Shown: positions 21,589 through 30,995, counted from the first letter of the stretch. The stretch is DNA of 64,000 nucleotides from Hydrogenophilus sp. (GCA_020692235.1 JAIMKU010000003.1:358-64357), one strand, 5' to 3'. Made by a program: numbers and translations. The notes: generated by a model not told the origin, from the letters alone.

Positions 21589-22752
21589 CTACTTACGGGT
21601 CTTCTTGGCCGCAGCGGTTGCCGGGGCCTTTTTGGCCACAACCTTGACGGCGGATTTCCTGGCCACAGCGGTTGCCGAAGCCTTTTTCGCCGCTGCCTTG
21701 ACGGCAGGTTTCTTGGCCGCAGGTTTCTTGGCGGCGACCTTTTTTACCGGGGCCTTGGTTGCGACCTTCTTCACTGCCTTCACTGCCGCCTTTTCGGATG
21801 CGGCCTGTTCCGCCGCCAGCACGACAGCCCGACGGGCGGCAACCCTCTCCTTTTCGGCCTTTTCTTCGGCTTCCCGCTCTGGAATGGTCTTGCCATAAAG
21901 CTGGTAATCGTCGCCCACTAACCTGACGGCGCATTTATCGACCGCCTCCAGATAAGTAGGCTTGGCCTTGTCAACAAACTTGCCGACGACGATCTTGCCC
22001 TGGAAGTCGATAGCCGTCTCGCGGGTATCGCAGCCATGCTTGAGTACCGTGTTTTCCTGATAGTACTGAAGCATGTCGACGCCGTCGCCGAGGCGGTTGC
22101 GGCGCAGATAGAGCGTGGTGCAGGGCGAGATGATCTCGATGAAGGAGAAGCCCTTGTGGACCAGCGCTTCCTCCATCGACTGGGTGATATTACGCACATT
22201 CACCGAGGTCCAGCGGGCAATATAGGTGGCGCCGGCGGCATCGGCCAGTAACGGCAGACTGAACGGGTATTCGTAGTTACCGTAGGGCGTGGTCGAGGTG
22301 ATTGCCGAGGTTGGCGTGGTCGGCGTCACTTGGCCGCCGGTCATGCCGTAGGTGAAGTTATTGTTGCAGATGACCACAATATCCATGTTGCGCCGGGCGG
22401 CATGGATCAAGTGGTTGCCGCCGATACCCACCAGGTCGCCCTCACCACTGAACACCACCACCGTCAACTCGGGGTTGGCGAGCTTGATGCCGGTGGCCAC
22501 TGGAATGGCGCGGCCATGCGTGGTGTGGATCGAATCGAAATCGACATAGCCCGCCACCCGTCCGGTGCAACCGATGCCCGACACCACGACCAGCTTATTG
22601 TGGTCGATGCCGCTGCGTTTGATGGCCTCGGCGAAGGCGTTCACCTCGGAGCCAATGCCGCATCCGGGGCACCAGATATGCGGCATCCGCTCCATGCGCA
22701 GGACCCCGGACATGGGGCTGTCGTGTTTGAATTTTCCAATATCGGTAGTCAT
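21589..22752 (-). CDS. korB: 2-oxoacid:ferredoxin oxidoreductase beta subunit with a ~95 aa Lys/Ala-rich C-terminal extension
   Basis: WCPGCG, SGIGC, HTTHGR, GEGD..IG (ThDP), NNFTYGMTGGQ..PT, SPCTT; tail ...KKVAAKKPAAKKPAVKAAAKK... Confidence 0.9.
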   Translation of the reverse strand: MTTDIGKFKHDSPMSGVLRMERMPHIWCPGCGIGSEVNAFAEAIKRSGIDHNKLVVVSGIGCTGRVAGYVDFDSIHTTHGRAIPVATGIKLANPELTVVVFSGEGDLVGIGGNHLIHAARRNMDIVVICNNNFTYGMTGGQVTPTTPTSAITSTTPYGNYEYPFSLPLLADAAGATYIARWTSVNVRNITQSMEEALVHKGFSFIEIISPCTTLYLRRNRLGDGVDMLQYYQENTVLKHGCDTRETAIDFQGKIVVGKFVDKAKPTYLEAVDKCAVRLVGDDYQLYGKTIPEREAEEKAEKERVAARRAVVLAAEQAASEKAAVKAVKKVATKAPVKKVAAKKPAAKKPAVKAAAKKASATAVARKSAVKVVAKKAPATAAAKKTRK

Positions 22753-23915
22753 TGATTGGCCTTTCTGATGGCATCCAGGATGACCTCCGGGTCATGCACC
22801 GCACCACCACAGTGATTGACGCTGATAACCTTGCTCTTGCCGGCGGCACAGCGTTCCACCTCAAGCACCATCTGGCCGTAGTTGATCTCCGGCACCACGA
22901 ATGCCTTCACCTTACCAGTCAGTTCGCGGATGCGCTTCTCGCAGAACGGCCAGATGGTGATGAGCCGCAAGGAGCCGACCTTGATACCTTCCCTGCGGGC
23001 GTCCTGGATGGCCTTGACGGCGATGCGGGAGGTGATGCCATAGGACACCACCACGACATCGGCACCGTCGATCTGATCTTCGTCGAGACGGATGATCTGG
23101 TCGGCATTACTGCGTATCTTCTCCATCAGGTGGGTGATCACGATCTTGCTCTGCTCGGCGGTCATGACCGGGTAGCCGCGTTCGTCGTGAGTCAGACCGG
23201 TGATGTGGAAATGGTAGCCATCGCCGCACTGAGTCATGGGATGACCGCCTTGACCATCGAACTTGTATGGTCGGAAGTCGGCCTTGGGGCCACTGTAATT
23301 ATTGCGCGGTACCACCTGTATCTGGTCGGCCGGCGGGATGACGACCTTCTCGTGCATGTGGCCGACGGTTTCGTCGCTCAGGATGATGACCGGCACCCGG
23401 TAGAACTCGGACAGATTGAAGGCCTCGACGGCGACATCGAAGCATTCCTGCGGGCTATCCGGCGACATGGCGATGATGGCGTAATCGCCATGCGAGCCAT
23501 AGCGCGCCTGCATCATGTCCTGCTGGGCGGTCAATGTCGGCAGGCCGGTCGACGGGCCGCCACGCTGCACGTTGGCGATCACCAAGGGGGTTTCGGTCAT
23601 GGCCGCCAGGCCAATGTTCTCCACCATCAGGGAGAAGCCGGGGCCACAGGTCACGGTCATCGCCTTGCGACCGCCCCAGGCGGCGCCGATCAGGGCGGCG
23701 ATGGAGGCCAGCTCGTCCTCCATCTGAATGAATAGCGCACCGACCTCGGGCGCCCGCTCGGCGAAGCGCTCGGCCGTCTCGGTTGAGGGTGTGATGGGAT
23801 AGCCGGCAAAGAACCGGCAGCCGGCCGCCAGGGCGCCCTCGGCGATGGCTTGGTCACCATCCATGAAGTGCGGGCCGCTGTCGACCCCTTTGGGATCTGC
23901 GCTAACGGTGTTCAC
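22749..23915 (-). CDS. korA: 2-oxoacid:ferredoxin oxidoreductase alpha subunit
   Basis: FFAGYPITPSTE, QMEDELAS, VQRGGPSTGLPT; GTG start overlaps the korD stop (GTGA). Confidence 0.9.
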   Translation of the reverse strand: MNTVSADPKGVDSGPHFMDGDQAIAEGALAAGCRFFAGYPITPSTETAERFAERAPEVGALFIQMEDELASIAALIGAAWGGRKAMTVTCGPGFSLMVENIGLAAMTETPLVIANVQRGGPSTGLPTLTAQQDMMQARYGSHGDYAIIAMSPDSPQECFDVAVEAFNLSEFYRVPVIILSDETVGHMHEKVVIPPADQIQVVPRNNYSGPKADFRPYKFDGQGGHPMTQCGDGYHFHITGLTHDERGYPVMTAEQSKIVITHLMEKIRSNADQIIRLDEDQIDGADVVVVSYGITSRIAVKAIQDARREGIKVGSLRLITIWPFCEKRIRELTGKVKAFVVPEINYGQMVLEVERCAAGKSKVISVNHCGGAVHDPEVILDAIRKANQ

Positions 23916-24175
23916 TTTTCTGCTTCCCCTTTCGCAATTTCGTCATCCTTGGTCACGAAGATAGAAAACTCCGGACAGATCATTTGGCAATACTGGCAGT
24001 CATGGCATTTTTCCGGGTTCTTGGCATAGGGCGGGTGATAGCCCTTGGCATTGAATTCGGGCGAGATATCCAGCACGTTGGTCGGACAAAACTGGACACA
24101 AAAACCGCAGCCCTTGCACCAGATGTCGTTGATATAAACCGTGCCATGGAGTTGCTTGAGATTATTGAAGAACAC
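23912..24175 (-). CDS. korD: Ferredoxin-like delta subunit (2x 4Fe-4S)
   Basis: 87 aa; WCKGCGFCVQFCP and CHDCQYCQMICP. Confidence 0.88.
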   Translation of the reverse strand: MFFNNLKQLHGTVYINDIWCKGCGFCVQFCPTNVLDISPEFNAKGYHPPYAKNPEKCHDCQYCQMICPEFSIFVTKDDEIAKGEAEK

Positions 24176-24185
24176 GCCGCATCCC

Positions 24186-25064
24186 TCAGGCCAGGCCGCG
24201 GCCGGCCAAGGTCGGCCGCGGATCGATGTGATGGAGGTCGAAACGTAGCGCCGTATCGTCGCAGCCGAACGCCAACGCCATCAACTGGGTAAAGTAAAGC
24301 ACCGGCAGGTGATAAAAGTCCGGATTAAGGCGACGCGCGTCATCCTGCCGGAAGTCCAGATTGAAGGCGCACAGCGGGCAGCTCACCACCACCAGGTCGG
24401 CCTGTTCCTCGTGCGCCGAACCCATGATCTTGTCGGTGCGCTCAGCGATGATTTCCGGCTTGTCGACGGTGTGATAGGCGCCGCAACATTCGGTCTTCAA
24501 GGGAAACTGGACCGGGGTGGCGCCGAGGGCCGTAATCAGGTCCTCCATAATCGTCGGGTTTTCGACATCGTCGAAGGCGACCTCTTTCGGGCGCGCCAGC
24601 AGGCAGCCGTAGTAGCAGGCGACGCGCAGGCCCGCGAGCGGTTTTTTCACCTTCTCGGCCAGCTTGTCGAAACCGATCCGGTCGCGCAGGAATTCGAGTA
24701 GGTGCAGGACGTCAACATCGCCCTGGTATTTGGTTTCCTCTTGGTACAGAAACTCGTTGATGGTTGCCAGCGCATCGGGGCGCTTCTTGACGTCGATATT
24801 GGCACGTTTGAGGGTGTTGTAACACATGGCGCAAGTGGTCATGAACTCGCTGGCTTGGGCCTCTTTGACGCGAATCAGGTTGGTCACCGGCGCCACCCGA
24901 TTCATGATGTTGTCGGAGCCCAGCGCGTGTACCGTGCCACAACAGTTCCAGCGCGCCAGCTCCTCGACCTCGACATCCAGTTTCGCCATCGACGAGATGG
25001 TGGAAACGTCGAAATTCCGGGCCTGGTTCTTCAGTGTGCAGCCGGGATAATAAATAAGTTTCAT
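24186..25064 (-). CDS. hdrB: Heterodisulfide reductase subunit B
   Basis: 292 aa; YYPGC, WNCCG, YYGCLL, ECCGA, SCPLC (two CCG domains). Confidence 0.93.
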   Translation of the reverse strand: MKLIYYPGCTLKNQARNFDVSTISSMAKLDVEVEELARWNCCGTVHALGSDNIMNRVAPVTNLIRVKEAQASEFMTTCAMCYNTLKRANIDVKKRPDALATINEFLYQEETKYQGDVDVLHLLEFLRDRIGFDKLAEKVKKPLAGLRVACYYGCLLARPKEVAFDDVENPTIMEDLITALGATPVQFPLKTECCGAYHTVDKPEIIAERTDKIMGSAHEEQADLVVVSCPLCAFNLDFRQDDARRLNPDFYHLPVLYFTQLMALAFGCDDTALRFDLHHIDPRPTLAGRGLA

Positions 25065-25083
25065 CGGCGTATTTCCATTTCCA

Positions 25084-25503
25084 TCAGGATGTCTGCTTGC
25101 GCAGGGCGCTGATCAGGGCGATCGGCGGCAACGCGCCGATCGCCTCGGGAGATAGCGCCTGAATCTTGAGCTGGTCGTCGCGGTTAACTGTGCCCAGCAC
25201 GGTTTGGCGCAACGCTTCGATAACCTCGGCGATCCGGATATCCTTCGGGCAGCGGCTATTGCAGGTCATGCAGGATACGCAAATCCAGATGGCGCGGGTC
25301 GCCAGCAACTGTTTCTCCATGCCGAGTTGCGCCATGCGGATAATCCGGTTGGGCAGCACATCCATGTGCGCCGCCATCGGGCAACCGGCGGAGCACTTAC
25401 CGCACTGGTAGCAGGCCAGCAACTTCTGGCCGCTGACCTGTTCGATCTTGGCCACAAAGGTACCGCCAAACCGAGGCGAAGAAATGTGTAAGGTGGTATT
25501 CAT
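25084..25503 (-). CDS. hdrC: Heterodisulfide reductase subunit C (short)
   Basis: CYQCGKCSAGCP, IWICVSCMTCNSRCP. Start MNTT at 25503. Confidence 0.9.
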   Translation of the reverse strand: MNTTLHISSPRFGGTFVAKIEQVSGQKLLACYQCGKCSAGCPMAAHMDVLPNRIIRMAQLGMEKQLLATRAIWICVSCMTCNSRCPKDIRIAEVIEALRQTVLGTVNRDDQLKIQALSPEAIGALPPIALISALRKQTS

Positions 25504-25511
25504 GGTCCGCC

Positions 25512-26069
25512 TCAGTATTTCCCATCCATGCGGAACTCGGGCGAATCGAGCCACAACCCGACGTTCTGCACACTGTCCAGTTGGGCCTGGAGACTGTCGT
25601 AATGGAAGCCCTCTTCCTGGATTATTTTGCCGATCAGACTGAGCAGATCGCGATCCGTGGTGTGTTCTGAGATTTCCTTGTATATCTGAATGGCGCGCCG
25701 TTCCATCTCCATGGCCAAGCGCAGTGCCTGGGTATCGTCGGCAACCACTTCGTGACCGCGTTGCACAACGGCCGCTTGCAGCTCAGCGATAGTCTTCGAT
25801 GGCTGGACGAGCGCCGCTTCCTGCTCGGCAAGCCGCTGCCACTCCTCTTCACCAATGAGCGCGGCAAACAGTGTGTGGGTTTCCGCCACATGTTCCGTCT
25901 CCGCTGCCGCCAGGCGCAGGAACATGGCCTTGCCGGTAGGGTTCTGAGTTAACTCGGCCACATGACGGTAGAAACGCTCGCCGCCAAACTCGAAGCCGAT
26001 TGCGGTGCGCGCCAGTTCGATTACCTTATCGTCGATGTGAGTCATGGTTTTGACCGGCGCGTCAGGCAT
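25512..26069 (-). CDS. Ferritin-like / rubrerythrin-family di-iron protein
   Basis: EFGGERFY, ETEH, EMERRAIQIY, EEGFH di-iron-type motifs. Start overlaps the tfrA stop (ATGCCTGA) and has a GAGGA RBS. Confidence 0.8.
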   Translation of the reverse strand: MPDAPVKTMTHIDDKVIELARTAIGFEFGGERFYRHVAELTQNPTGKAMFLRLAAAETEHVAETHTLFAALIGEEEWQRLAEQEAALVQPSKTIAELQAAVVQRGHEVVADDTQALRLAMEMERRAIQIYKEISEHTTDRDLLSLIGKIIQEEGFHYDSLQAQLDSVQNVGLWLDSPEFRMDGKY

Positions 26070-27777
26070 CGGACCGATCCTCTTGCAGGCGGTTATGCAC
26101 CACCGAGGCGCCGGGCAGCACGTTGCCGCCACGCACCAGTTGCCGCTTTCTGACATCCTTGGGGGCGTAGGACGGCAACAGGATCGGGGCCACCAGATCG
26201 GTCTGCACGCCGGAATCAACCAGTTCCTTCTCGTAGTTATCGAGGTGTGCCAGGCTGAGTTTGCCGAGTTTGACGGTCTTGGCGTAGGCGCCGGCCGCCT
26301 GGCCGGCGCGCCGACCGAATACGTTGTAGTCGAGTACCGAATTGCCCATCAGCCGGTTGCGGCCATGCAGACCGCCGCTCGCTTCGCCGGCGACGTAGAG
26401 GCCGGGGATGTTGGTCTCGCAGCGGTCGTTGATCTCGACACCGCCGTTCTGGTAGTGCAGCGACGGGTAGACCAGCATCGGCAGTTTGTTGATGTCGATA
26501 CCGTAGCGGATGTACTGGCGGTACATGGCCGGGAACTGGTGGGCCACATAGCCTTCGCCGTGCAGCATGTCGATCAGCGGCGAGTCCAGCCACACGCCGA
26601 GTCGCCCCGACGGGGTCTCGATGCCGCCGCCGTTTTGCACACATTCGCGGATGATGGCCGAGGCCTCAATGTCGCGTGGCTCACGTGGGAAAACGAACAG
26701 CTCGCCATCCTTGTTCAGCGGTTGGCCGCCGGCACCACGTATCTTCTCGGTAATCAGGAAGCCTGCGATCTGCTCGGGGAAAGAGGCGCCGGTAGGGTGG
26801 TATTGCACCGAATCCATATACATCAGCTTGGCGCCGGCGCGGTAGGCCATCACCAATCCGTCGCCAGTGGCGCCATAGTGGTTGGTGGTGTCGAAGCCGC
26901 GAATGTGCAGGCGGCCGTAACCGCCGGTGGCGATCAGTGTGGACTTCGCCTTGACAGTAAAAAATTCTTCGCTGTCCATGCTGTAAAGAATGGCACCGGC
27001 GCAGCGGCCCTCGTCATCCATAATCAATTCCACCGCCGGCATGAATTCCTTGATGTCGATCATGTCGGGGTGGTTGCGCACCTCGTCCATCAGGGTGCGC
27101 ATAATCATGGCGCCGGTGTAGTCGCGGCACGAGACCATGCGCTTGCGCGAGGTGCCGCCGCCATGCAGCACCTGAATGGCGCCGTCTTCCTCCTTGTCCC
27201 ACACTACGCCCAGGTCTTCGAGCCACTTGACCACGCCGGGACCGTCTTCGGTGAGCGCCTTGACCAACTCCGGTTTATTCTCGAAGTGGCCGCCGCCAAT
27301 CGCGTCCAGATAGTGCCTGGTCGGCGAGTCGGTGCGCGACACGGCGGCCTGCATCCCACCCTGGGACATCATGGTATTGGCATCGCCCATACGTAGCTTG
27401 GTGGCGATCAGCGAGCGGATACCGTGTTGCTGCATGGCGGCCAGGGCGGCGTTGCAACCGGCACCGCCACCGCCGATGATGAGCAGGTCGGTTTCGATAT
27501 CCGGATGGTCGAGGTCCACCTGCTCGCTACGCAGCCAGGAGTGGGATTCCAGCAGATCCGCCACTTCGGTGGTCAGCTTTTCGCCCCGGTTGGGACCGAC
27601 GCGTACCGGCCGCAGTGCATCGGGTTTGTAGTCGGGATGAAAATTTTCCAGCACATTGCGCCGCTCTTCGGCGCTCATGGGCGGGTAAACGGGATCAGGC
27701 TTTCTGGCCAATTCCAGGCGAGCCGGCCGCGTCTGAACGACCTTGCGCAACGACTCTTCCATGTACTCTGGATACAT
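26062..27777 (-). CDS. tfrA: Soluble fumarate reductase flavoprotein (TfrA-like)
   Basis: 571 aa; IIGGGGAG, ANTMMSQGG, HGG.SRKR, QYHPT, TEKIRGAG, RDIEA, HYQNGG, LHGRNRLMGNS. Confidence 0.85.
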   Translation of the reverse strand: MYPEYMEESLRKVVQTRPARLELARKPDPVYPPMSAEERRNVLENFHPDYKPDALRPVRVGPNRGEKLTTEVADLLESHSWLRSEQVDLDHPDIETDLLIIGGGGAGCNAALAAMQQHGIRSLIATKLRMGDANTMMSQGGMQAAVSRTDSPTRHYLDAIGGGHFENKPELVKALTEDGPGVVKWLEDLGVVWDKEEDGAIQVLHGGGTSRKRMVSCRDYTGAMIMRTLMDEVRNHPDMIDIKEFMPAVELIMDDEGRCAGAILYSMDSEEFFTVKAKSTLIATGGYGRLHIRGFDTTNHYGATGDGLVMAYRAGAKLMYMDSVQYHPTGASFPEQIAGFLITEKIRGAGGQPLNKDGELFVFPREPRDIEASAIIRECVQNGGGIETPSGRLGVWLDSPLIDMLHGEGYVAHQFPAMYRQYIRYGIDINKLPMLVYPSLHYQNGGVEINDRCETNIPGLYVAGEASGGLHGRNRLMGNSVLDYNVFGRRAGQAAGAYAKTVKLGKLSLAHLDNYEKELVDSGVQTDLVAPILLPSYAPKDVRKRQLVRGGNVLPGASVVHNRLQEDRSDA

Positions 27778-27790
27778 CCTGATTCCCCTC

Positions 27791-28531
27791 TTATTCCGAA
27801 TCTCGTGCGTAATAGCGTTCCGACAAGGCTTCGCGGTCCATCGCCATCAGTTCGGCGTATTCCGCCTCATAGACACCCTCTTCCACCGCCTTGACGCGCT
27901 CCGCCAGTTCCGGGCTGTCCTTGCGCAGATAGCGGCCATAGAGGCGCTTCGCCAGGATGGCCATCAGGGGTTGGGTAATTTCGGCCGGGCAGCGCAACAT
28001 GCACAGACCGCAGACGACGCAGTCGAAGGACAGGTCCATCACCGCAGCGATGTCACCGCGCTTGGCGGCCTGGACGTAATCCATGACCTGGAGCCCCTGC
28101 GGACAGGACTTGGTGCAGGTGCCGCAGGCGACGCAGCGGAACACCGTCGGGTACATCTGCTGGATGGCGCTGACGTTCGGCCTGAGCTTCTCGATGTCGT
28201 AGATCGCCTTCTCGGCCGGAACAGAGGGTATCTGCGCCAGCGTCATGCCGTCCTCGACCAGGGTCATACAGGCCAGGCCGGCACGGATTTTGTAATCGCC
28301 GGGTAAACGGTAGAGGGTGGCGCAGGCGCCGCAATAGCCCTCGCGGCAACCGGCACCGCGGATGATCTGGTGGCCGGCATATTCGATGGCGCCCATGATG
28401 GTCGCCTCGGCCGGCACCTCATAGGCCTTGCCCATGATATATACCGTGATCAGTCGCTCCGCCGCCTCGCGCTCTCCGTCGACCGCCGAAGTCGATGGAC
28501 TGTTCGCTGTTCCCGCCGGCACGCCCGTCAT
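27791..28531 (-). CDS. tfrB: Fumarate reductase Fe-S subunit (TfrB-like, no membrane anchor)
   Basis: 246 aa; GCREGYCGAC...LAC (2Fe-2S), CVACGTCTKSCP, CVVCGLCMLRCP. Confidence 0.82.
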   Translation of the reverse strand: MTGVPAGTANSPSTSAVDGEREAAERLITVYIMGKAYEVPAEATIMGAIEYAGHQIIRGAGCREGYCGACATLYRLPGDYKIRAGLACMTLVEDGMTLAQIPSVPAEKAIYDIEKLRPNVSAIQQMYPTVFRCVACGTCTKSCPQGLQVMDYVQAAKRGDIAAVMDLSFDCVVCGLCMLRCPAEITQPLMAILAKRLYGRYLRKDSPELAERVKAVEEGVYEAEYAELMAMDREALSERYYARDSE

Positions 28532-28671
28532 ATGGACACCTTTATCATCTTGTCATCTTGCTTCCGCATTTCAGGATGCTTTAGTCGAATTGCGACCGAG
28601 GCCGAAACCCTTCGGCAAGGACGCTGGTCGGCGTCGTTGCTAAATTGGTTGGTCTACGACTTCAAGACCCA

Positions 28672-28722
28672 ATCATAAAGAGCTTCGTTAAGGGTTGACA
28701 ATAGAGGATGTCGATATACGAT
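28672..28722. promoter_or_regulatory. Back-to-back sigma70-like promoters with overlapping -35 hexamers
   Basis: Plus strand: TTGACA (28695-28700)-N16-TACGAT (28717-28722). Minus strand: TTGTCA (28701-28696)-N18-TATGAT (28677-28672). Confidence 0.6.
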
Positions 28723-28828
28723 AAAAAAAATTAAATTACCCTTCATGGCCATACCAATTATCGTTGTCGTTTAGCGATGCCATCGCGATCGCATCGAATA
28801 TTTCCACCTTGCCGACTAGGAGACCTTC

Positions 28829-30841
28829 ATGGCCAAAGCCCCCGTTCGAGTCGCCGTAACTGGCGCCGCTGGGCAGATCGGTTATGCGCTGCTGCCTCGC
28901 ATTGCCAGCGGCGAAATGCTCGGCAAGGATCAGCCCATCATTCTGCAATTGCTCGAATTGCCCATGGACAAGGCGCAAAAGGCATTGAAGGGCATGATGA
29001 TGGAGCTGGAGGATTGCGCCTTTCCGCTCTTGATCGACATGATCGGCACCTCGGACCCCATGGTTGCCTTCAGGGATGCCCAACAAGCCTTGCTGGTCGG
29101 CGCCAAGCCGCGCGGCGCCGGCATGGAACGCAAGGATCTGCTGCTGGAAAACCCCAAGATTTTCATTGAACAAGGCAAGGCCATTGATCTGGTTGCCTCC
29201 CGCGACGTCAAGGTGGTGGTGCTCGGCAACCCATCCAATACCAACGCCCTCGTCACCATGAACGCGGCCAGGAGTCTGCCCAGAACCAGCTTCACCTCGT
29301 TGATGCGGTTGGACCACAATCGCGCCGCCGGCAAACTCGCGCAGCGCCTGGGCAAGCCGATCACCAGCATCGAAAATATGGTGGTGTGGGGCAATCACTC
29401 GCCCGCCATGTATCCGGACATCCGCTTTGCCACTATCGACGGCAAACATCCCCGTGAACTGCTGAACGAGGAAGACTGGTACCGGAGTGAATTCATCGAC
29501 GAGATTGGCAAACGCGGCGCCGCCATCATCGACGTCCGTGGCCTATCCTCCGCCGCCTCCGCAGCAGTCGCGGTCATCGACCATATGCGTGACTGGAACC
29601 TGGGGTCCAACGGCCACTGGGTCACCATGGGCGTCGTCTCCGACGGCTCCTACGGTATCCCGGTGGGCATGATCTACGGTTTTCCCTGCACCACCGCCAA
29701 CGGCAAGTGGGAGATCGTCAAGAACCTGGAAATCGACGCCTTCTCGCGCACCAAAATGGACGCCTCGCTGAAAGAACTGCAAGAGGAATACATGATCGCG
29801 TCGAGTATCTTTGCGCCCGAAATCGCCGCGCAAAACGTCAAAGACCTGCTTCACCCAACCGACGTGCTCTACGCCGGTGGCCGCCCTTCGCCGCTGCTGG
29901 CTGCCTGCGAACACTATGCCGGCAGCGAGAAGCTACTTAGAAAAGCGCTCAAGATTCAAACCGAGCTACTGACCAACGAGCAGCCAGTCTTCGACATCAC
30001 CGCCGATTGTGAGGACGGCGCCCCCGCCGGCAAGGAACGGGAACACGCGGTCATGATCGCCGATCTGATCCTGTCCGACGACAATCGTTATGACCGCGTC
30101 GGCGTGCGCATCCACGATGTCGACCATCCGCACTGGCGCGACGAGTTGGAGATCATCATCGGCCGGGCCGGTCAGCGCGTGGCCTACATCGGCCTGTCCA
30201 AGCCGGAAAACGCCGACGACGTCCAAACCCAGATCAGCGCGCTCAATGAGCTAAGGGACCAATACGGCATTACCCGCGAGATACCCGTTCACGTCCTGAT
30301 CGAGACCCCGGGGGCGCTCCATGAAGTGTGGCAAATCGCCGGCCTACCGCATATCGAGGTCCTCAATTTCGGCATCATGGACTTCGTTTCCGAGCATCAC
30401 GGCGCCATTCCCGCCGCCGCCATGAGCTCGCCCGGCCAATTCAGCCACTCGCTTATCGTCCGCGCCAAGAGCGAGATCGTCGCCGCCGCACTGGCTCACG
30501 GCATCGTACCCAGCCACAACATCACCACCGAGATACGCGACCTCAACGTGGTGCGGGAAGATGCTCGCCGCGCCCGAATGGAGTTCGGCTTCCTGCGCAT
30601 GTGGAGCATCCATCCGAACCAGATACTGCCCATCGTCGAAGCCATGCAGCCGAACTTTGCCGAAGTCAACGAGGCCATCACCCTACTGATCGCCGCCCAA
30701 AACACCGCCTGGGGGCCAATCCAATGGGAAGGCAAGCTGCACGATCGTGCCTCCTACCGCTACTACTGGGAGCTACTACAACGCGCCCGCGCAACCGGGA
30801 TGGACATCCCGGCGGAGGTCGTCCAGCGTTTCTTTGCCTGA
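28829..30841 (+). CDS. mdh: Fusion of malate dehydrogenase and an HpcH/HpaI-CitE-family CoA-ester lyase
   Basis: 670 aa uninterrupted ORF. MDH half: [30 protein letters not shown]. Lyase half from about aa 335: [33 protein letters not shown]. Confidence 0.88.
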   Translation: MAKAPVRVAVTGAAGQIGYALLPRIASGEMLGKDQPIILQLLELPMDKAQKALKGMMMELEDCAFPLLIDMIGTSDPMVAFRDAQQALLVGAKPRGAGMERKDLLLENPKIFIEQGKAIDLVASRDVKVVVLGNPSNTNALVTMNAARSLPRTSFTSLMRLDHNRAAGKLAQRLGKPITSIENMVVWGNHSPAMYPDIRFATIDGKHPRELLNEEDWYRSEFIDEIGKRGAAIIDVRGLSSAASAAVAVIDHMRDWNLGSNGHWVTMGVVSDGSYGIPVGMIYGFPCTTANGKWEIVKNLEIDAFSRTKMDASLKELQEEYMIASSIFAPEIAAQNVKDLLHPTDVLYAGGRPSPLLAACEHYAGSEKLLRKALKIQTELLTNEQPVFDITADCEDGAPAGKEREHAVMIADLILSDDNRYDRVGVRIHDVDHPHWRDELEIIIGRAGQRVAYIGLSKPENADDVQTQISALNELRDQYGITREIPVHVLIETPGALHEVWQIAGLPHIEVLNFGIMDFVSEHHGAIPAAAMSSPGQFSHSLIVRAKSEIVAAALAHGIVPSHNITTEIRDLNVVREDARRARMEFGFLRMWSIHPNQILPIVEAMQPNFAEVNEAITLLIAAQNTAWGPIQWEGKLHDRASYRYYWELLQRARATGMDIPAEVVQRFFA

Positions 30842-30942
30842 ACCGTTACCCAAACGGATCAGGCAGAATCAATCGACCCAAGCGATCGGCCTATCCGAGC
30901 CCGGCCCGTTTCATTGAACGTGTCGGCCATCCGAATACGCCG

Positions 30943-30965
30943 TGTGCGTAAATCTGACGTACAAT
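30943..30965 (+). promoter_or_regulatory. Probable autoregulatory operator overlapping the -10 of the TA operon
   Basis: TGTGCGT-N7-ACGTACA imperfect palindrome (1 mismatch) overlapping TACAAT (30960-30965). Confidence 0.5.
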
Positions 30966-30995
30966 GCTCTCGTCCGTAAATCGGGAGCAACAGCC

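Noticed and set aside
21589-21880. CRISPR array or DNA tandem repeat in the korB tail
   Set aside because: The repeats are degenerate at DNA level and periodic only as Lys/Ala codons in frame; there are no spacers.
15741-25503. Methanogenesis, or an AsrABC sulfite reductase
   Set aside because: No mcr/mtr, hydrogenase large subunit or siroheme AsrC. The genes fit Flx-Hdr in an rTCA context.
15741-25503. Selenocysteine recoding in Hdr/Flx/MvhD
   Set aside because: The Cys motifs read as complete in the supplied translations and no in-frame TGA interrupts the genes.
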